From contig JAKQKE010000019.1 in NCBI GenBank assembly GCA_029560805.1, positions 2,684-66,683 on the forward strand: 64,000 nt of DNA, read 5' to 3'. Below, in pieces: positions 26,909 to 36,109 of the stretch. The notes under the pieces are model-generated. The model did not search any database. It saw only the letters and a list, made by a program, of their open reading frames with translations, and was not told the origin of the DNA. The position numbers were made by a program, and so were the translations under genes. Every line of letters starts with the position of its first letter. The stretch's first letter is position 1. This DNA comes from Spirochaetota bacterium (GTDB taxonomy: Bacteria; Spirochaetota; Spirochaetia; Treponematales; UBA12059).

Positions 26909-29620
26909 CTACCTCACCGCGTAGCGGGCGCGGCAGACCGGCCGCAGCTCGCACCCTTCGCAGACGTCGTCCCGGTCGCGCACGGCCGGGACGTAGATCG
27001 AGCCCCGCTCGATGATGGCCGCGGTCTTGGCGGCCGCCGCTTCCACGGCCGGCCCGAGCGCACCGAGGCAGTCGGCGGGGATGACCGGTTTGGCACCCGG
27101 GCCGAAGACCTCGAGCAGCCCCTTGCCGCCCTCGCCGGCCTTTTCGACGGACAGGTAGTACGCCGCGAAGGGCTCGAGGCCCGCCGCGCGTATGAGCACC
27201 GTATAGGCCGGTATCTGGATGGCGCCCACCGAGCCGTCCTCGGCCGGCTGTAGCTCGGCCCGCTTCGGGATCTTGGACTTCTTGTAGTCGACGATGACGG
27301 CCTTGAGTCGATCGGCGACCGGGGCTGTACCGGGCGGCAGGCAGACGAGGTCCGGACGACCATAGAGGTCGGCGTCGACGCCCCGTAGCGCTGCGATCAG
27401 GTCCTCGTCGTCGACCATGGTCGGCACGAGGCCATCCAGGGCCGGGACGAGGGCGGCGACCGCGCGAGCGAAGTCCCGGCGCAGAGCCGGCTTCGCGGTC
27501 GATACGAGCACGGCGGCCATCGGCCCGAGCTCGGCGCCGGCGCCGGTTATGGCGGCGGCTATGGCAGCGTCGACGTCGGCGCCCGAGGGACGAGCTTCCT
27601 CGCCGGCGGCTTCCGGCGCGACGATCGTGCGGCCGGCCGCCGCCAGCGGCCTGAAAAGGCGGCCGAACGCGTCATGGTAGATGCCGCCGACGAGCAAGCT
27701 GTCGATAAACGACAGGCCGGATTCCATAGCTTCGACCTTCAGCGTCCGCGCGAAGACCCGGCGGAAGGCGCAGGAGGCGTAGCCCTCGATCGCCGTGGCC
27801 GATAGCCTGAGGCGGCCGTCGCGGCTCATGGAGGCACGGACGGCCTCGGTGGCCCACCGGCCCATCGTCGCCGGGGCGTCGGGCGTCGCTCCGGACCAGT
27901 CCGGCGAGGACGGGGAAACGACGGTGACGGCCGCCGCCCGAGCGCAGGCCGCCTGGGTCGGGAAGGCCTCGGCTATCGCCTGGCCGTCGGCCTCGAGGTT
28001 CGGTAGCCAGCGGTCGCGTTCGTAGACGAGGCCCGACGACTCGGGCGGGACGGCGTAGACGGCGGGGTGGGGCGGCCGCACACCGTCCGGCCCGTCTTCC
28101 GAGTAGCTCATGAAGACGCGGCCGCCGGATCGGGCCAGGAGCCGCACGAGTCCGGCTGACAGGTCGCGGTCCTCCGCGCCCAGCCTGGCCCGTTCGTCGG
28201 CCCGCATGAACGCTAGCGGCCTCGAGGCGGCGACGGCCGCTCCCTGGGCCAGGTTGACGACGAAGTGCAGGTCGGGCATCGCGCCGGCGGCCACCGGGAA
28301 GCGGTACACCGCGATACCGCCCGAGGTGGATGCCGGCACGTAGCGCGTCTCGGACAGCTGCTCGAGCCACGCGTCCACGGCGCCCGGTACGCGCTCGAGC
28401 CCGGCGGTTGACGCCGCCTCGTCGAGCTCGTCGAGCGCGGCCAGACACCGGGCCATCTCGTCGTCCTGGCGCGGCGACCAGAGCGCCTCGTCTAAAAAGG
28501 CGCGTTTGAACGCGTCGAACGCCGCGCGGAGGGATCGGAAGTCGGTCGAGCCCGCTATCCTCGAACTGGCGGTCCTGAGGCCGCGGTACAGGCGCCGCGC
28601 CGGCTCGTCGTCGCCTATCGAGGCCTCCCAGACGTCGCGCCCTCCGGGGAGCGGCGCGACGATATGGGCTCGTACGCCTATGGCGAGCAGCCTGCGGGCG
28701 GCCTCGGCCTCCTTCCAGGGGATGGAGGCGTCGAGGAGAAGGCGTCTGAGCGCCTCGAAAGACATGCCGCTGTCGGCCAAGGCCTTGGCGTCGGCGAGTA
28801 GCCGGCCGCCCGAGCTCTCGGACAGCGGCCGGCCCTCGCGCACATCGAGCGGCACTCCGGCGACCGCGGCCTCGCGTTCAAGCAGGGGCAGGGTCGATTC
28901 TGGCGCGGCGGCGCTGATGACGATGCCGGCCGGGTCGGCGCCGGAGGCGACCTCGTCGCGTATGGCGAGTAGCACGGCGCGGATCTCCTCGACCGCGGTG
29001 CCGAACCTCGCGGCGCGGACCGGCTCTGCGCCGAGGCGGTCGGACAGAATGGCGGATGAGCCTGGCAGGGCGAGTACGGCCTCGGCGTAGTCGTCCCAGT
29101 CCTCGGTCAGGTCCGGGTACAGGAGCACCCAGCGGGCTACGGGACGCGATGCGGAGCGGCCGAGCCAGGCGGCCTCGTAGAGGCCCCGCGCGCCCATGAA
29201 CAGCTCGTAGCGTCGGCGTATCTCTCGCCAGTCGGCCAGATGGTCGCCCGGACCGTCCGGCACGGCGCGTAGGGCTGGGAGAGCCGCCGCAAGGGAGCGC
29301 GCGAACCTGAGCGACGAGGCGGCCGACTGGGCGGGTATGACGGAGCGTAGGAAGGGCGAGCGAGCGTTTTCGGCCGCGAGCGCCCGCGCGAAGACGGCGC
29401 GCACGGCCTTGGTCGACGGCCGACCCTCAGCGTCGCCGGCGAACACCTCGGACTTGAACGCGTCCCAGCCGAGAAAGCGCCGGGACGGCAGCGCCCTCCT
29501 CCCGGTGGCGGCCAGGGCCGCGGTCAGCGCCGACGCGGCGGCTATCTCGCTCGGGAAGACGAACCTGGCGCTCGGGTCATCGAGCTCGCCGAGCAACTCC
29601 TCGGGCAGTCGGCTCCGCAC
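26909..29620 (-). CDS. addB: AddB-type helicase-nuclease subunit (PD-(D/E)xK nuclease with Fe-S cysteines)
   Basis: 903 aa, directly upstream of addA. C-terminal nuclease region IVDYKKSK plus cysteines (ASCAF ... CEGCELRPVC) fit the AddB Fe-S staple pattern. Confidence 0.7.
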   Translation of the reverse strand: MRSRLPEELLGELDDPSARFVFPSEIAAASALTAALAATGRRALPSRRFLGWDAFKSEVFAGDAEGRPSTKAVRAVFARALAAENARSPFLRSVIPAQSAASSLRFARSLAAALPALRAVPDGPGDHLADWREIRRRYELFMGARGLYEAAWLGRSASRPVARWVLLYPDLTEDWDDYAEAVLALPGSSAILSDRLGAEPVRAARFGTAVEEIRAVLLAIRDEVASGADPAGIVISAAAPESTLPLLEREAAVAGVPLDVREGRPLSESSGGRLLADAKALADSGMSFEALRRLLLDASIPWKEAEAARRLLAIGVRAHIVAPLPGGRDVWEASIGDDEPARRLYRGLRTASSRIAGSTDFRSLRAAFDAFKRAFLDEALWSPRQDDEMARCLAALDELDEAASTAGLERVPGAVDAWLEQLSETRYVPASTSGGIAVYRFPVAAGAMPDLHFVVNLAQGAAVAASRPLAFMRADERARLGAEDRDLSAGLVRLLARSGGRVFMSYSEDGPDGVRPPHPAVYAVPPESSGLVYERDRWLPNLEADGQAIAEAFPTQAACARAAAVTVVSPSSPDWSGATPDAPATMGRWATEAVRASMSRDGRLRLSATAIEGYASCAFRRVFARTLKVEAMESGLSFIDSLLVGGIYHDAFGRLFRPLAAAGRTIVAPEAAGEEARPSGADVDAAIAAAITGAGAELGPMAAVLVSTAKPALRRDFARAVAALVPALDGLVPTMVDDEDLIAALRGVDADLYGRPDLVCLPPGTAPVADRLKAVIVDYKKSKIPKRAELQPAEDGSVGAIQIPAYTVLIRAAGLEPFAAYYLSVEKAGEGGKGLLEVFGPGAKPVIPADCLGALGPAVEAAAAKTAAIIERGSIYVPAVRDRDDVCEGCELRPVCRARYAVR

Positions 29621-29625
29621 GGGCT

Positions 29626-30129
29626 CTACGCGCGGGCCAGGGCCGCGACGATCTCCGCGACGTAGACCCGGTGGTAATCGCCGTCGTAGTGCCCCTCGAG
29701 CGAGCCGTCGACGAAGCCGGCCGGGTCGATGTCCTGCTTATGGATCACGCGGCAGGCGAAGGTCAGGTCGGCCTGTTCGAAACCTATGAAGCCTGGCCGA
29801 GGCTCGGCCGGCTTGAGCCCGGTCAAACCGGCCTTGTCGACGTCGCGGCCAGACATCGTGCCGCAGACGGTCAGCGCGTCGCGCCATTCCTCCCCGAAGA
29901 ACGACAGGGTCAGGAGGCCGGTCCTTTCGATGAACGCATAGGTGTAGCGCGTAGGGCGCACGAATACGAAGGCGACATCGCGGTTCCACAGGTGGCCGAA
30001 CCCGCCCCAGTTGGCGGTCATCGTGTTCCAGGAAGCCTTCGTCCCGGCAGTGACGAGCATCCAGGTCTTCTGGACGCGGTCGAACACGTTGCCTTCGACG
30101 GCCCGCGGGCTGATCTCGTAGAATGCCAT
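29626..30129 (-). CDS. Flavin reductase-like FMN-binding (split-barrel) protein
   Basis: 167 aa; WMLVTAGTKASWNTMTANWGGFGHLW is typical of flavin reductase/flavoredoxin family proteins. Confidence 0.65.
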   Translation of the reverse strand: MAFYEISPRAVEGNVFDRVQKTWMLVTAGTKASWNTMTANWGGFGHLWNRDVAFVFVRPTRYTYAFIERTGLLTLSFFGEEWRDALTVCGTMSGRDVDKAGLTGLKPAEPRPGFIGFEQADLTFACRVIHKQDIDPAGFVDGSLEGHYDGDYHRVYVAEIVAALARA

Positions 30130-30132
30130 ACG

Positions 30133-33100
30133 CTACTCCTCGCTGTTCGTGTCTGTCGGCAGCCCCGTGGGAACGTCTTCGCCCGCCGCCTTGCTCGAGG
30201 CCTTATTCGAAGCCTTATTCGAAGCCTTGTTAGAAGCCTTGTTAGAAGCCGGGCGCGTAGCCGCGGCCGATGCCCCATGGGCGCTTATAGCGCGGTCCAG
30301 GCTCCAGAGCGAGCCCTCGAGCACCCGGTCGGTCGCGGACAGCGAGCGGACCGCCTCGGCGGCGCCGAGCCCGCCGAACGCCACAGCCGCCACGGCGTAC
30401 AGCGTCGAGCCGAGCCGGTACCGGTCGGCGTCTATCCAGCTCTCGTTATTCCAGCGGTTCACCCTGAATAGGGCGCGGGCTTCGTCGTCGGCCAGGATGA
30501 CCCTGGCCGTAGCGCGTCCCGAGATGCCGCCCGGGCCGCCTCCCAGCCGTTCGGAGACCCTGCCCAGGCGTCCGAGCATCGCCATGGCGAAGCCGGAGGC
30601 AGCGTCGGCCAGGCCTGGATCGAGCCCGGCCTCGGCCATCGCCTCGCGTAGCTTGCGTCCCAAGCCGGCCGACTCGGCTAGCGCCCGCGCCTTCGGGGCC
30701 TCGGCGAGTCCGCCCGCCAGTTCCGCTATCGGTAGCAGGGCTGCGAGCGCGGCCACGGCCTCGCGGGCGCCCGGTACGGCGGCGACCCTGGCGGCGAGCG
30801 GCGCCGTGGAGGCGGACGATGCGCGCTCGAGGCGCTCGCGGCCTTCGATGGCCGCCATCGCCATGGCCCGGTAGTCGGGCGACGCGGACTCGCCGGTCGG
30901 GGCCGCAGTCCCGATCGGTAGCGCGGCGGCGGCCAGCGCCTCGATGAAGGCGGCCGTAGCCTCTTGGTCCGGCTCGGGCCGAGGCTCCCGTCCGAAGTAG
31001 CCGACGCCGAGGGCGGCCTTCCAGGCATCGTAGGCCGGCGCGAACTCGAGATCCTGGAGCGCCCAGCCGAGGTCGGGAACGCCGCGTCCGCCGAGCGCGT
31101 CGCAGAGCCTCGCGTAGGAGCCGGCCTCGTCGTCGTCCACCTCGGTTACGTCGACGAAAACCTGGCACTGGAAGCCCTCGAGGGCGACCCGCAGGCCGTC
31201 GCGGGCCAGCTCGTCCGAGCGCCTGAGGTAGCGCTTCCAGGTGCCGGCCTCGGTCATCATCACGAAGCGGCCGGGTCGGCCGGACAGGCCGAGGCCCTCG
31301 GCCAGGCTCCTCGTCGTCCCGGGCCTGGTCCCGTCGGGACGTTTGTCGGCGAAGGGGCAGGAGCGGCGTATCGTCCCCGCGGTCCGCTCCCACTCGTTGT
31401 TGAACAGCACGAGGGCCCGCTCCGGCCCGTGGCCGTTCGAGTAGGCGAACACGTTCTCGTCGACCGAGCCGTCGTCACGGACCAGGTCGAAGAGCAGGAA
31501 ATGCTCGACGCCGGAGAAGAGGCGGCGGCGCTTGAGGAGCGGCACGATATCGCGCTCATGGCGACGGACCAGGGCCTCGTTCGGTCTCTCGTCGCGGTAG
31601 GCCCGGCGGTACTCCATGCCGTACTTCTCCGAGAAGCCCTCGAACTGGCCGTGGCCGAACATCGGCAGGCCGGGCATCGTGGCCATCATCGCGCAGACGC
31701 CGAAGTAGCGGTCTCCGTCGCCGAACTGAGCGATGGCCGTCTCCTCGTCGGGGTTATTCATGAAGTTGACGAAGCGCTTGAGGATGTCCTTGTCGAACTC
31801 GACGGTGTTGCGTATCGTCGCTCGGTACTCCGCGTTCTTCTTGTCCTTGAGCATGTTCATGAAGGCCGAGTTGTACACGCGGTGCATGCCCAGGGTCCGT
31901 ACGAAGTAGCCCTCCATCATCCAGAAGGCCTCGGCCAAGAGGAGGGTGTCTGGCGCCTCGGCCGCGCAGAGGTCGACCACCTCGCGCCAGAATTCCTCCG
32001 GTATCGCCGCGTTGAAGTCCTCGGTCGTCATCGCCGACTCGAAGCGGCTCGCGATCGCGCCGCCGGAGCCCGGCTCGGGGTACCAGAGGCGGCGTAGCGA
32101 GCGCTTGGCCAGCACCATCGCCGCGTCGAAGCGTATGATGGGGAAGTTCCTGGCCACGTGCAGGATGCGTTCCCTCACCGCCTCGCGGGCGGCCGGGTTC
32201 AGGAAGTCTATCTGGGCGGTGTCGTTCCAGGGCATGCTCGTGCCATCGTTGCCGTGGTAGACGTAGCTCGTCTCGCCGGAGCGGAAGTCGACGCGCTTGA
32301 AGGTGACGGCCGCGTCTCGCCGGTCGTAGTAGTGGTCCTCGAGCCAGACGCCGATCGCGCCGTCGCCGGACAGGTTCTCGCCCGTGTACGAGTACGACGG
32401 GAAGGGCGGGTTAGGCCGACGCACGAATAGGTCGGGCCGGTCGCGCACCCAGGCGGAGTCCAGGCCGGTATGGTTCGGCACCATGTCGGCGGCGAGCCGT
32501 ATGCCCCGCGCCAGCGCGCGTTCCCGGAGCGAGCCGAGCGCGTCCCAGCCGCCGAGTTCCCAGGCTATCTCGTAGTCGAACAGCGAATAGGCGCTCGGCG
32601 CCGCCTCCGGGTTGCCGCACAGCTCCTTGATGCGGCGCGAGGCCTGGCTGCGTTCCCAGAGGCCTATGAGCCACAGCGCGTTGAAGCCCCGGGCGGCGAG
32701 CAGGTCGAGCTCCTCGTCGGGGATGGCGTCGAGGGTGCGTATGGCGCGGCCGTAGGCCTTGGACAGCTGGTCCAGCCAGACGAGGGTGCTCTTGGCCATC
32801 ATCACGACGCGGGGCATCCAGTCCTTGTCCTCGCTGAAGCGCTCGTACTCGGCGTCGAGCGCGGCGTAGGACGGCACCCGTATCGGCCCCGGCCCCGGCG
32901 CGAAGCCTTGCCTGTCGTCCTCGGCGAGCATGTCGGCGGCGCCGAGTAGCCTGGACAGGCGGTCGCCGAGCAGGAGGCCCCAGCGGCGGCGCACGTACTC
33001 GAGCTGGCCGGCGAGCGAGCGGGGGCTGGCCCGCATCGGCGCGCGTAGGAGGTCGGGCAGGCTGAGCGAGTCGGGGCCGAAGGGCGGCATGGCGGCGAGC

Positions 33101-33738
33101 GCCGCCTCGGCCGCGTCGAGGCTGGCGTCCACCGGCGCGCGCGAGCGGAGCGCGGCGTCGTCGAACAGGAAGCGGTAGGGTTCCAGGGCCGGGTTCTCGT
33201 TGGCCAGCCTGAGGAGGAGGAGCTCCTCGAGGGCTACGGCCCGCTTGCCGCGGCCGTCGTCGAGCCCGTCGAGCCAGGCTTCAGGCTCCAAGCGGCCCGC
33301 GTAGACGTCGCCGGTCGGGAAGGCGCGCGAGAACGCTACGAGGCTCGAGCGGACCCGGCTCGCGCCGATAGCTGCGCCTGCCGAGGCGAGCGCCGTATCG
33401 AAAGCCGTCGCGTCGACCCGTTCGCGGTACAGCGCGCAGACGGCGTGCAGGATTTCGTCGAGGAGGCCCATCGCGTTGATCGCGCCGGCCTTGACGACGG
33501 GTCCGCCGTTCGCCGCCGCGTGGTCGTTGATGGCCGCGGCGAAGGCCCTGGCCTCATGGTAGTCCGCGAAGGTCACCCCACCGGCGGTCGCGTAGGGTAC
33601 GCCGGCCAGGCCGAAGCGGTCGCGAGCCGCCTTGGATACGTGGAATTCCACCCGGCCGGCGGGACGGCCGCCCTCCTCGGCCGTCCCGCCGAGGGCTCCG
33701 AGCTCGATCACGAATTCCCTGGCGCCGCGCTTGTCCAT
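30133..33738 (-). CDS. Large alpha-amylase family (GH13) protein with long uncharacterised N- and C-terminal regions
   Basis: GH13 conserved regions GFNALWLIGLWE, RLAADMVPNHTG, IIRFDAAM and LLAEAFW. I chose the start MDKRGAREF at 33738 (SD GGAG 8 nt upstream). The C-terminal tail is (ASNK)4. Confidence 0.75.
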   Translation of the reverse strand: MDKRGAREFVIELGALGGTAEEGGRPAGRVEFHVSKAARDRFGLAGVPYATAGGVTFADYHEARAFAAAINDHAAANGGPVVKAGAINAMGLLDEILHAVCALYRERVDATAFDTALASAGAAIGASRVRSSLVAFSRAFPTGDVYAGRLEPEAWLDGLDDGRGKRAVALEELLLLRLANENPALEPYRFLFDDAALRSRAPVDASLDAAEAALAAMPPFGPDSLSLPDLLRAPMRASPRSLAGQLEYVRRRWGLLLGDRLSRLLGAADMLAEDDRQGFAPGPGPIRVPSYAALDAEYERFSEDKDWMPRVVMMAKSTLVWLDQLSKAYGRAIRTLDAIPDEELDLLAARGFNALWLIGLWERSQASRRIKELCGNPEAAPSAYSLFDYEIAWELGGWDALGSLRERALARGIRLAADMVPNHTGLDSAWVRDRPDLFVRRPNPPFPSYSYTGENLSGDGAIGVWLEDHYYDRRDAAVTFKRVDFRSGETSYVYHGNDGTSMPWNDTAQIDFLNPAAREAVRERILHVARNFPIIRFDAAMVLAKRSLRRLWYPEPGSGGAIASRFESAMTTEDFNAAIPEEFWREVVDLCAAEAPDTLLLAEAFWMMEGYFVRTLGMHRVYNSAFMNMLKDKKNAEYRATIRNTVEFDKDILKRFVNFMNNPDEETAIAQFGDGDRYFGVCAMMATMPGLPMFGHGQFEGFSEKYGMEYRRAYRDERPNEALVRRHERDIVPLLKRRRLFSGVEHFLLFDLVRDDGSVDENVFAYSNGHGPERALVLFNNEWERTAGTIRRSCPFADKRPDGTRPGTTRSLAEGLGLSGRPGRFVMMTEAGTWKRYLRRSDELARDGLRVALEGFQCQVFVDVTEVDDDEAGSYARLCDALGGRGVPDLGWALQDLEFAPAYDAWKAALGVGYFGREPRPEPDQEATAAFIEALAAAALPIGTAAPTGESASPDYRAMAMAAIEGRERLERASSASTAPLAARVAAVPGAREAVAALAALLPIAELAGGLAEAPKARALAESAGLGRKLREAMAEAGLDPGLADAASGFAMAMLGRLGRVSERLGGGPGGISGRATARVILADDEARALFRVNRWNNESWIDADRYRLGSTLYAVAAVAFGGLGAAEAVRSLSATDRVLEGSLWSLDRAISAHGASAAATRPASNKASNKASNKASNKASSKAAGEDVPTGLPTDTNSEE
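30188..30247. repeat. 12-bp in-frame tandem repeat (5 units) encoding the ASSK(ASNK)4 tail of the GH13 protein
   Basis: GCCTTGCTCGAG, GCCTTATTCGAA x2, GCCTTGTTAGAA x2, read directly from the sequence. Confidence 0.9.
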
Positions 33739-33849
33739 CGTTCGTACTCCGTTCCTGCCGTCGCGACGCTCGATCGCGCCGACCCGCCCTTCGATGATAA
33801 CCGATGCGCCGGGCGGGGACAAGGACGGGTTCTTCCGCGCGGTCCGTCC

Positions 33850-34602
33850 CTATCGGGATGCCCTCTGGGCGACGAGCCAACCGATGCCGTAGAGGACGGG
33901 CAGGTGGACGAGGTACACGGGGAGCGAGAGCCTGCCTATGGCGGCTAACGCCGCGACGATAGGCCAGCCCTTCGCGGCCGGCGCCGGGGGGCCGGCCGCC
34001 CGGCGTCCCGCCGGGCCGTTCCGTTCGGCTATCGGCCGCCTCGATAGCAGATCGCGGGCCGCGGCGCCGAGGGCGACGAACGCGAACCACGGGGCGAGCG
34101 GCAGGTAATCGGCGGGGTAGAGGCCGGCCGGCCTGAGGCCGAGCCAGGCCAGGTACGGCCACCCGAAGCGCGGCTCGGCGAGCAGGACTCCCGCTACCAG
34201 CGCCGCGGCGCCCGCTACGATGGCGAGGGCCGGCCTCCCCAGGAGGGGGTAGGCGATCAGCGACGACAGCGCCAGTAGATGGATCACCCCGAAGAACACG
34301 AAGCCCTCGCCGAGGACGGGCCGGGTCGCGGCGCTGATCGCCAGCGCGACAAGGCCGAGCTTGCCCGCCCGCTTCGCGAAGGAGCCGAAGCCTGAGCCGG
34401 CGGCCCGCTTGCCGGCCAGGTTCCAGCCGGATACCGCCACGAAGCCGGCCGCGATTACCCGTGGGAACATCCACCAGAAGCCGGAGAATAGCTCGAGCCG
34501 GGCCAGGTCGAACATCGCCCCGACGTAGCAGGCGTGGTAGGCTATCATGGCTAGGACGAGGCCGCCTTTGATGGCGTCGTTGGTGATCGAACGTCGGTGC
34601 AT
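33850..34602 (-). CDS. DUF1624-like (heparan-alpha-glucosaminide N-acetyltransferase-like) membrane protein
   Basis: 250 aa, polytopic. The N-terminus RSITNDAIKGGLVLAMIAYHACY resembles the DUF1624 acyltransferase-like family. Confidence 0.45.
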   Translation of the reverse strand: MHRRSITNDAIKGGLVLAMIAYHACYVGAMFDLARLELFSGFWWMFPRVIAAGFVAVSGWNLAGKRAAGSGFGSFAKRAGKLGLVALAISAATRPVLGEGFVFFGVIHLLALSSLIAYPLLGRPALAIVAGAAALVAGVLLAEPRFGWPYLAWLGLRPAGLYPADYLPLAPWFAFVALGAAARDLLSRRPIAERNGPAGRRAAGPPAPAAKGWPIVAALAAIGRLSLPVYLVHLPVLYGIGWLVAQRASR

Positions 34603-34682
34603 CGGGGCAGTATACGCCTCGCCGCGGCGGGTGGTAAAGCGCGCTTGAGCCGCCCGTCGTCCCGGTGCTATAGTCGCCGGCG

Positions 34683-35390
34683 ATGGAAACCGAAATCCGT
34701 ATCGACCAGGCCTTCTTTTCCGACCTCGAGCGGCCCGCGAGCTTCTATATCCTCAGGCATGGCGAGACGGTCGCCAACGCCGAGAGCCGCATCCAGGGCC
34801 GTTCGGAGTACCCTCTGAACGAGAACGGGCGAGCCCAGGCCGCGGACCTAGCCAGGCACCTCGAGGGAGCGGGCGTGCGCCGCCTGCTGTACTCGCCGCT
34901 CTCACGCGCCCGCGAGACGGCGGCCATCGTCGCGGCGGCCCTCGGCCTCGACGGCTCGGAACTCGCGGCTGAGCCTGCCCTCGTCGAGCTGGACACGGGG
35001 CGTTTCTCCGGGCTTACCTTGACGGAGATACGGGAGCGTTTCCCGGCGGAGCACGAGGCCTTCGGGTACCGCAGTTGGGAGGCCGTGCCGGACGCCGAAC
35101 GCGCGGAGGAGCTCTACCGACGCGCGTCGCTCGCCTGGTCCAGGCTCAAGGCCGAGGCTAAGGCCTCGGGCGGCAACGTGGCGGCCGTGTCGCACGGCGG
35201 CATGATCCAGTGGCTCGTCCGCGCAACCTTCGGCTGCCGTAGCTGGATGCCGCTTCTGTCCACGGGCAACTGCGGCGTCTTCGAGCTGTTCGTCGACCCG
35301 GTGGGCGGAGGCCGCCCCGCCTATCTGCAGTGGAAGGAACTGAATCGGCTACCCGGCGGTACGGCGGGCCGTACGCCGCCGGTGTTCTAG
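34683..35390 (+). CDS. Histidine phosphatase family protein (phosphoglycerate mutase-like)
   Basis: 235 aa; catalytic RHG motif FYILRHGETVANAESRIQG and a later SHGG. Confidence 0.8.
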   Translation: METEIRIDQAFFSDLERPASFYILRHGETVANAESRIQGRSEYPLNENGRAQAADLARHLEGAGVRRLLYSPLSRARETAAIVAAALGLDGSELAAEPALVELDTGRFSGLTLTEIRERFPAEHEAFGYRSWEAVPDAERAEELYRRASLAWSRLKAEAKASGGNVAAVSHGGMIQWLVRATFGCRSWMPLLSTGNCGVFELFVDPVGGGRPAYLQWKELNRLPGGTAGRTPPVF

Positions 35391-36067
35391 TTCACGTTCT
35401 GCGGGTCCTCGACGAAGGCCTCCCAGAGGGGCTCGTCCGGGGGCGGGTCGGCCGTGACATATACGCGGCGGCGGTCAGGCATCTCGAAACTCAGCTCGCG
35501 GGCGTGCAGCATAATCAGGCCGTTCCGCGTCGATCGCCTGGAGCCGTACTTCAGGTCGCCGCGCACCGGGAAGCCTGCCGCGGACAGCTGGGCCCGTATC
35601 TGGTGCGTCTTGCCCGACAGGGGCCGTACCGCCAGCAGAAAGTACCGGTCGCTCCGGCCGACCAGCTCGTAGGTCAGTACCGCTACATCGCCTCCGCGGT
35701 CGCCGTTGGCCGGTACGGCCTTGGCCTGGTTGCGTCGCTTGTCGTGGACCAGCCGGTGCCGCAGTGTGCCGGCGGCCGGCTCGGGGGCGCGCTCGGTGAC
35801 GGCCCAGTAGGTCTTGGTCACGCGGCGTTCGCGGAAGGCCTCGGATAGGGCCGCCAGGCTGTGCTTCGACTTGGCGAAGGCGACCGCGCCGCTCGTGCGT
35901 CGGTCGAGCCTGTGGGCCGGCTCGACGAAGCGGCCCGGCCTCGACTCGGCGACGAAATCCTTCAGGGACGAGTCGCCGCTCTTATCGGGCAGGGTCGGCA
36001 CCGCGGCGAGCTTATTGACGATGACGACGTCGCCATCTTCGTAGATCACGTCAAAGATGCCGGACAT
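35387..36067 (-). CDS. RluA-family pseudouridine synthase
   Basis: 226 aa; VIVNKLAAVPT and the catalytic-Asp motif HRLDRRTSGAVAFAKS. Confidence 0.8.
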   Translation of the reverse strand: MSGIFDVIYEDGDVVIVNKLAAVPTLPDKSGDSSLKDFVAESRPGRFVEPAHRLDRRTSGAVAFAKSKHSLAALSEAFRERRVTKTYWAVTERAPEPAAGTLRHRLVHDKRRNQAKAVPANGDRGGDVAVLTYELVGRSDRYFLLAVRPLSGKTHQIRAQLSAAGFPVRGDLKYGSRRSTRNGLIMLHARELSFEMPDRRRVYVTADPPPDEPLWEAFVEDPQNVN

Positions 36068-36109
36068 GGCACGATAGTACCATATCCGGCGCTTCTTTGG
36101 CTAGAATTC

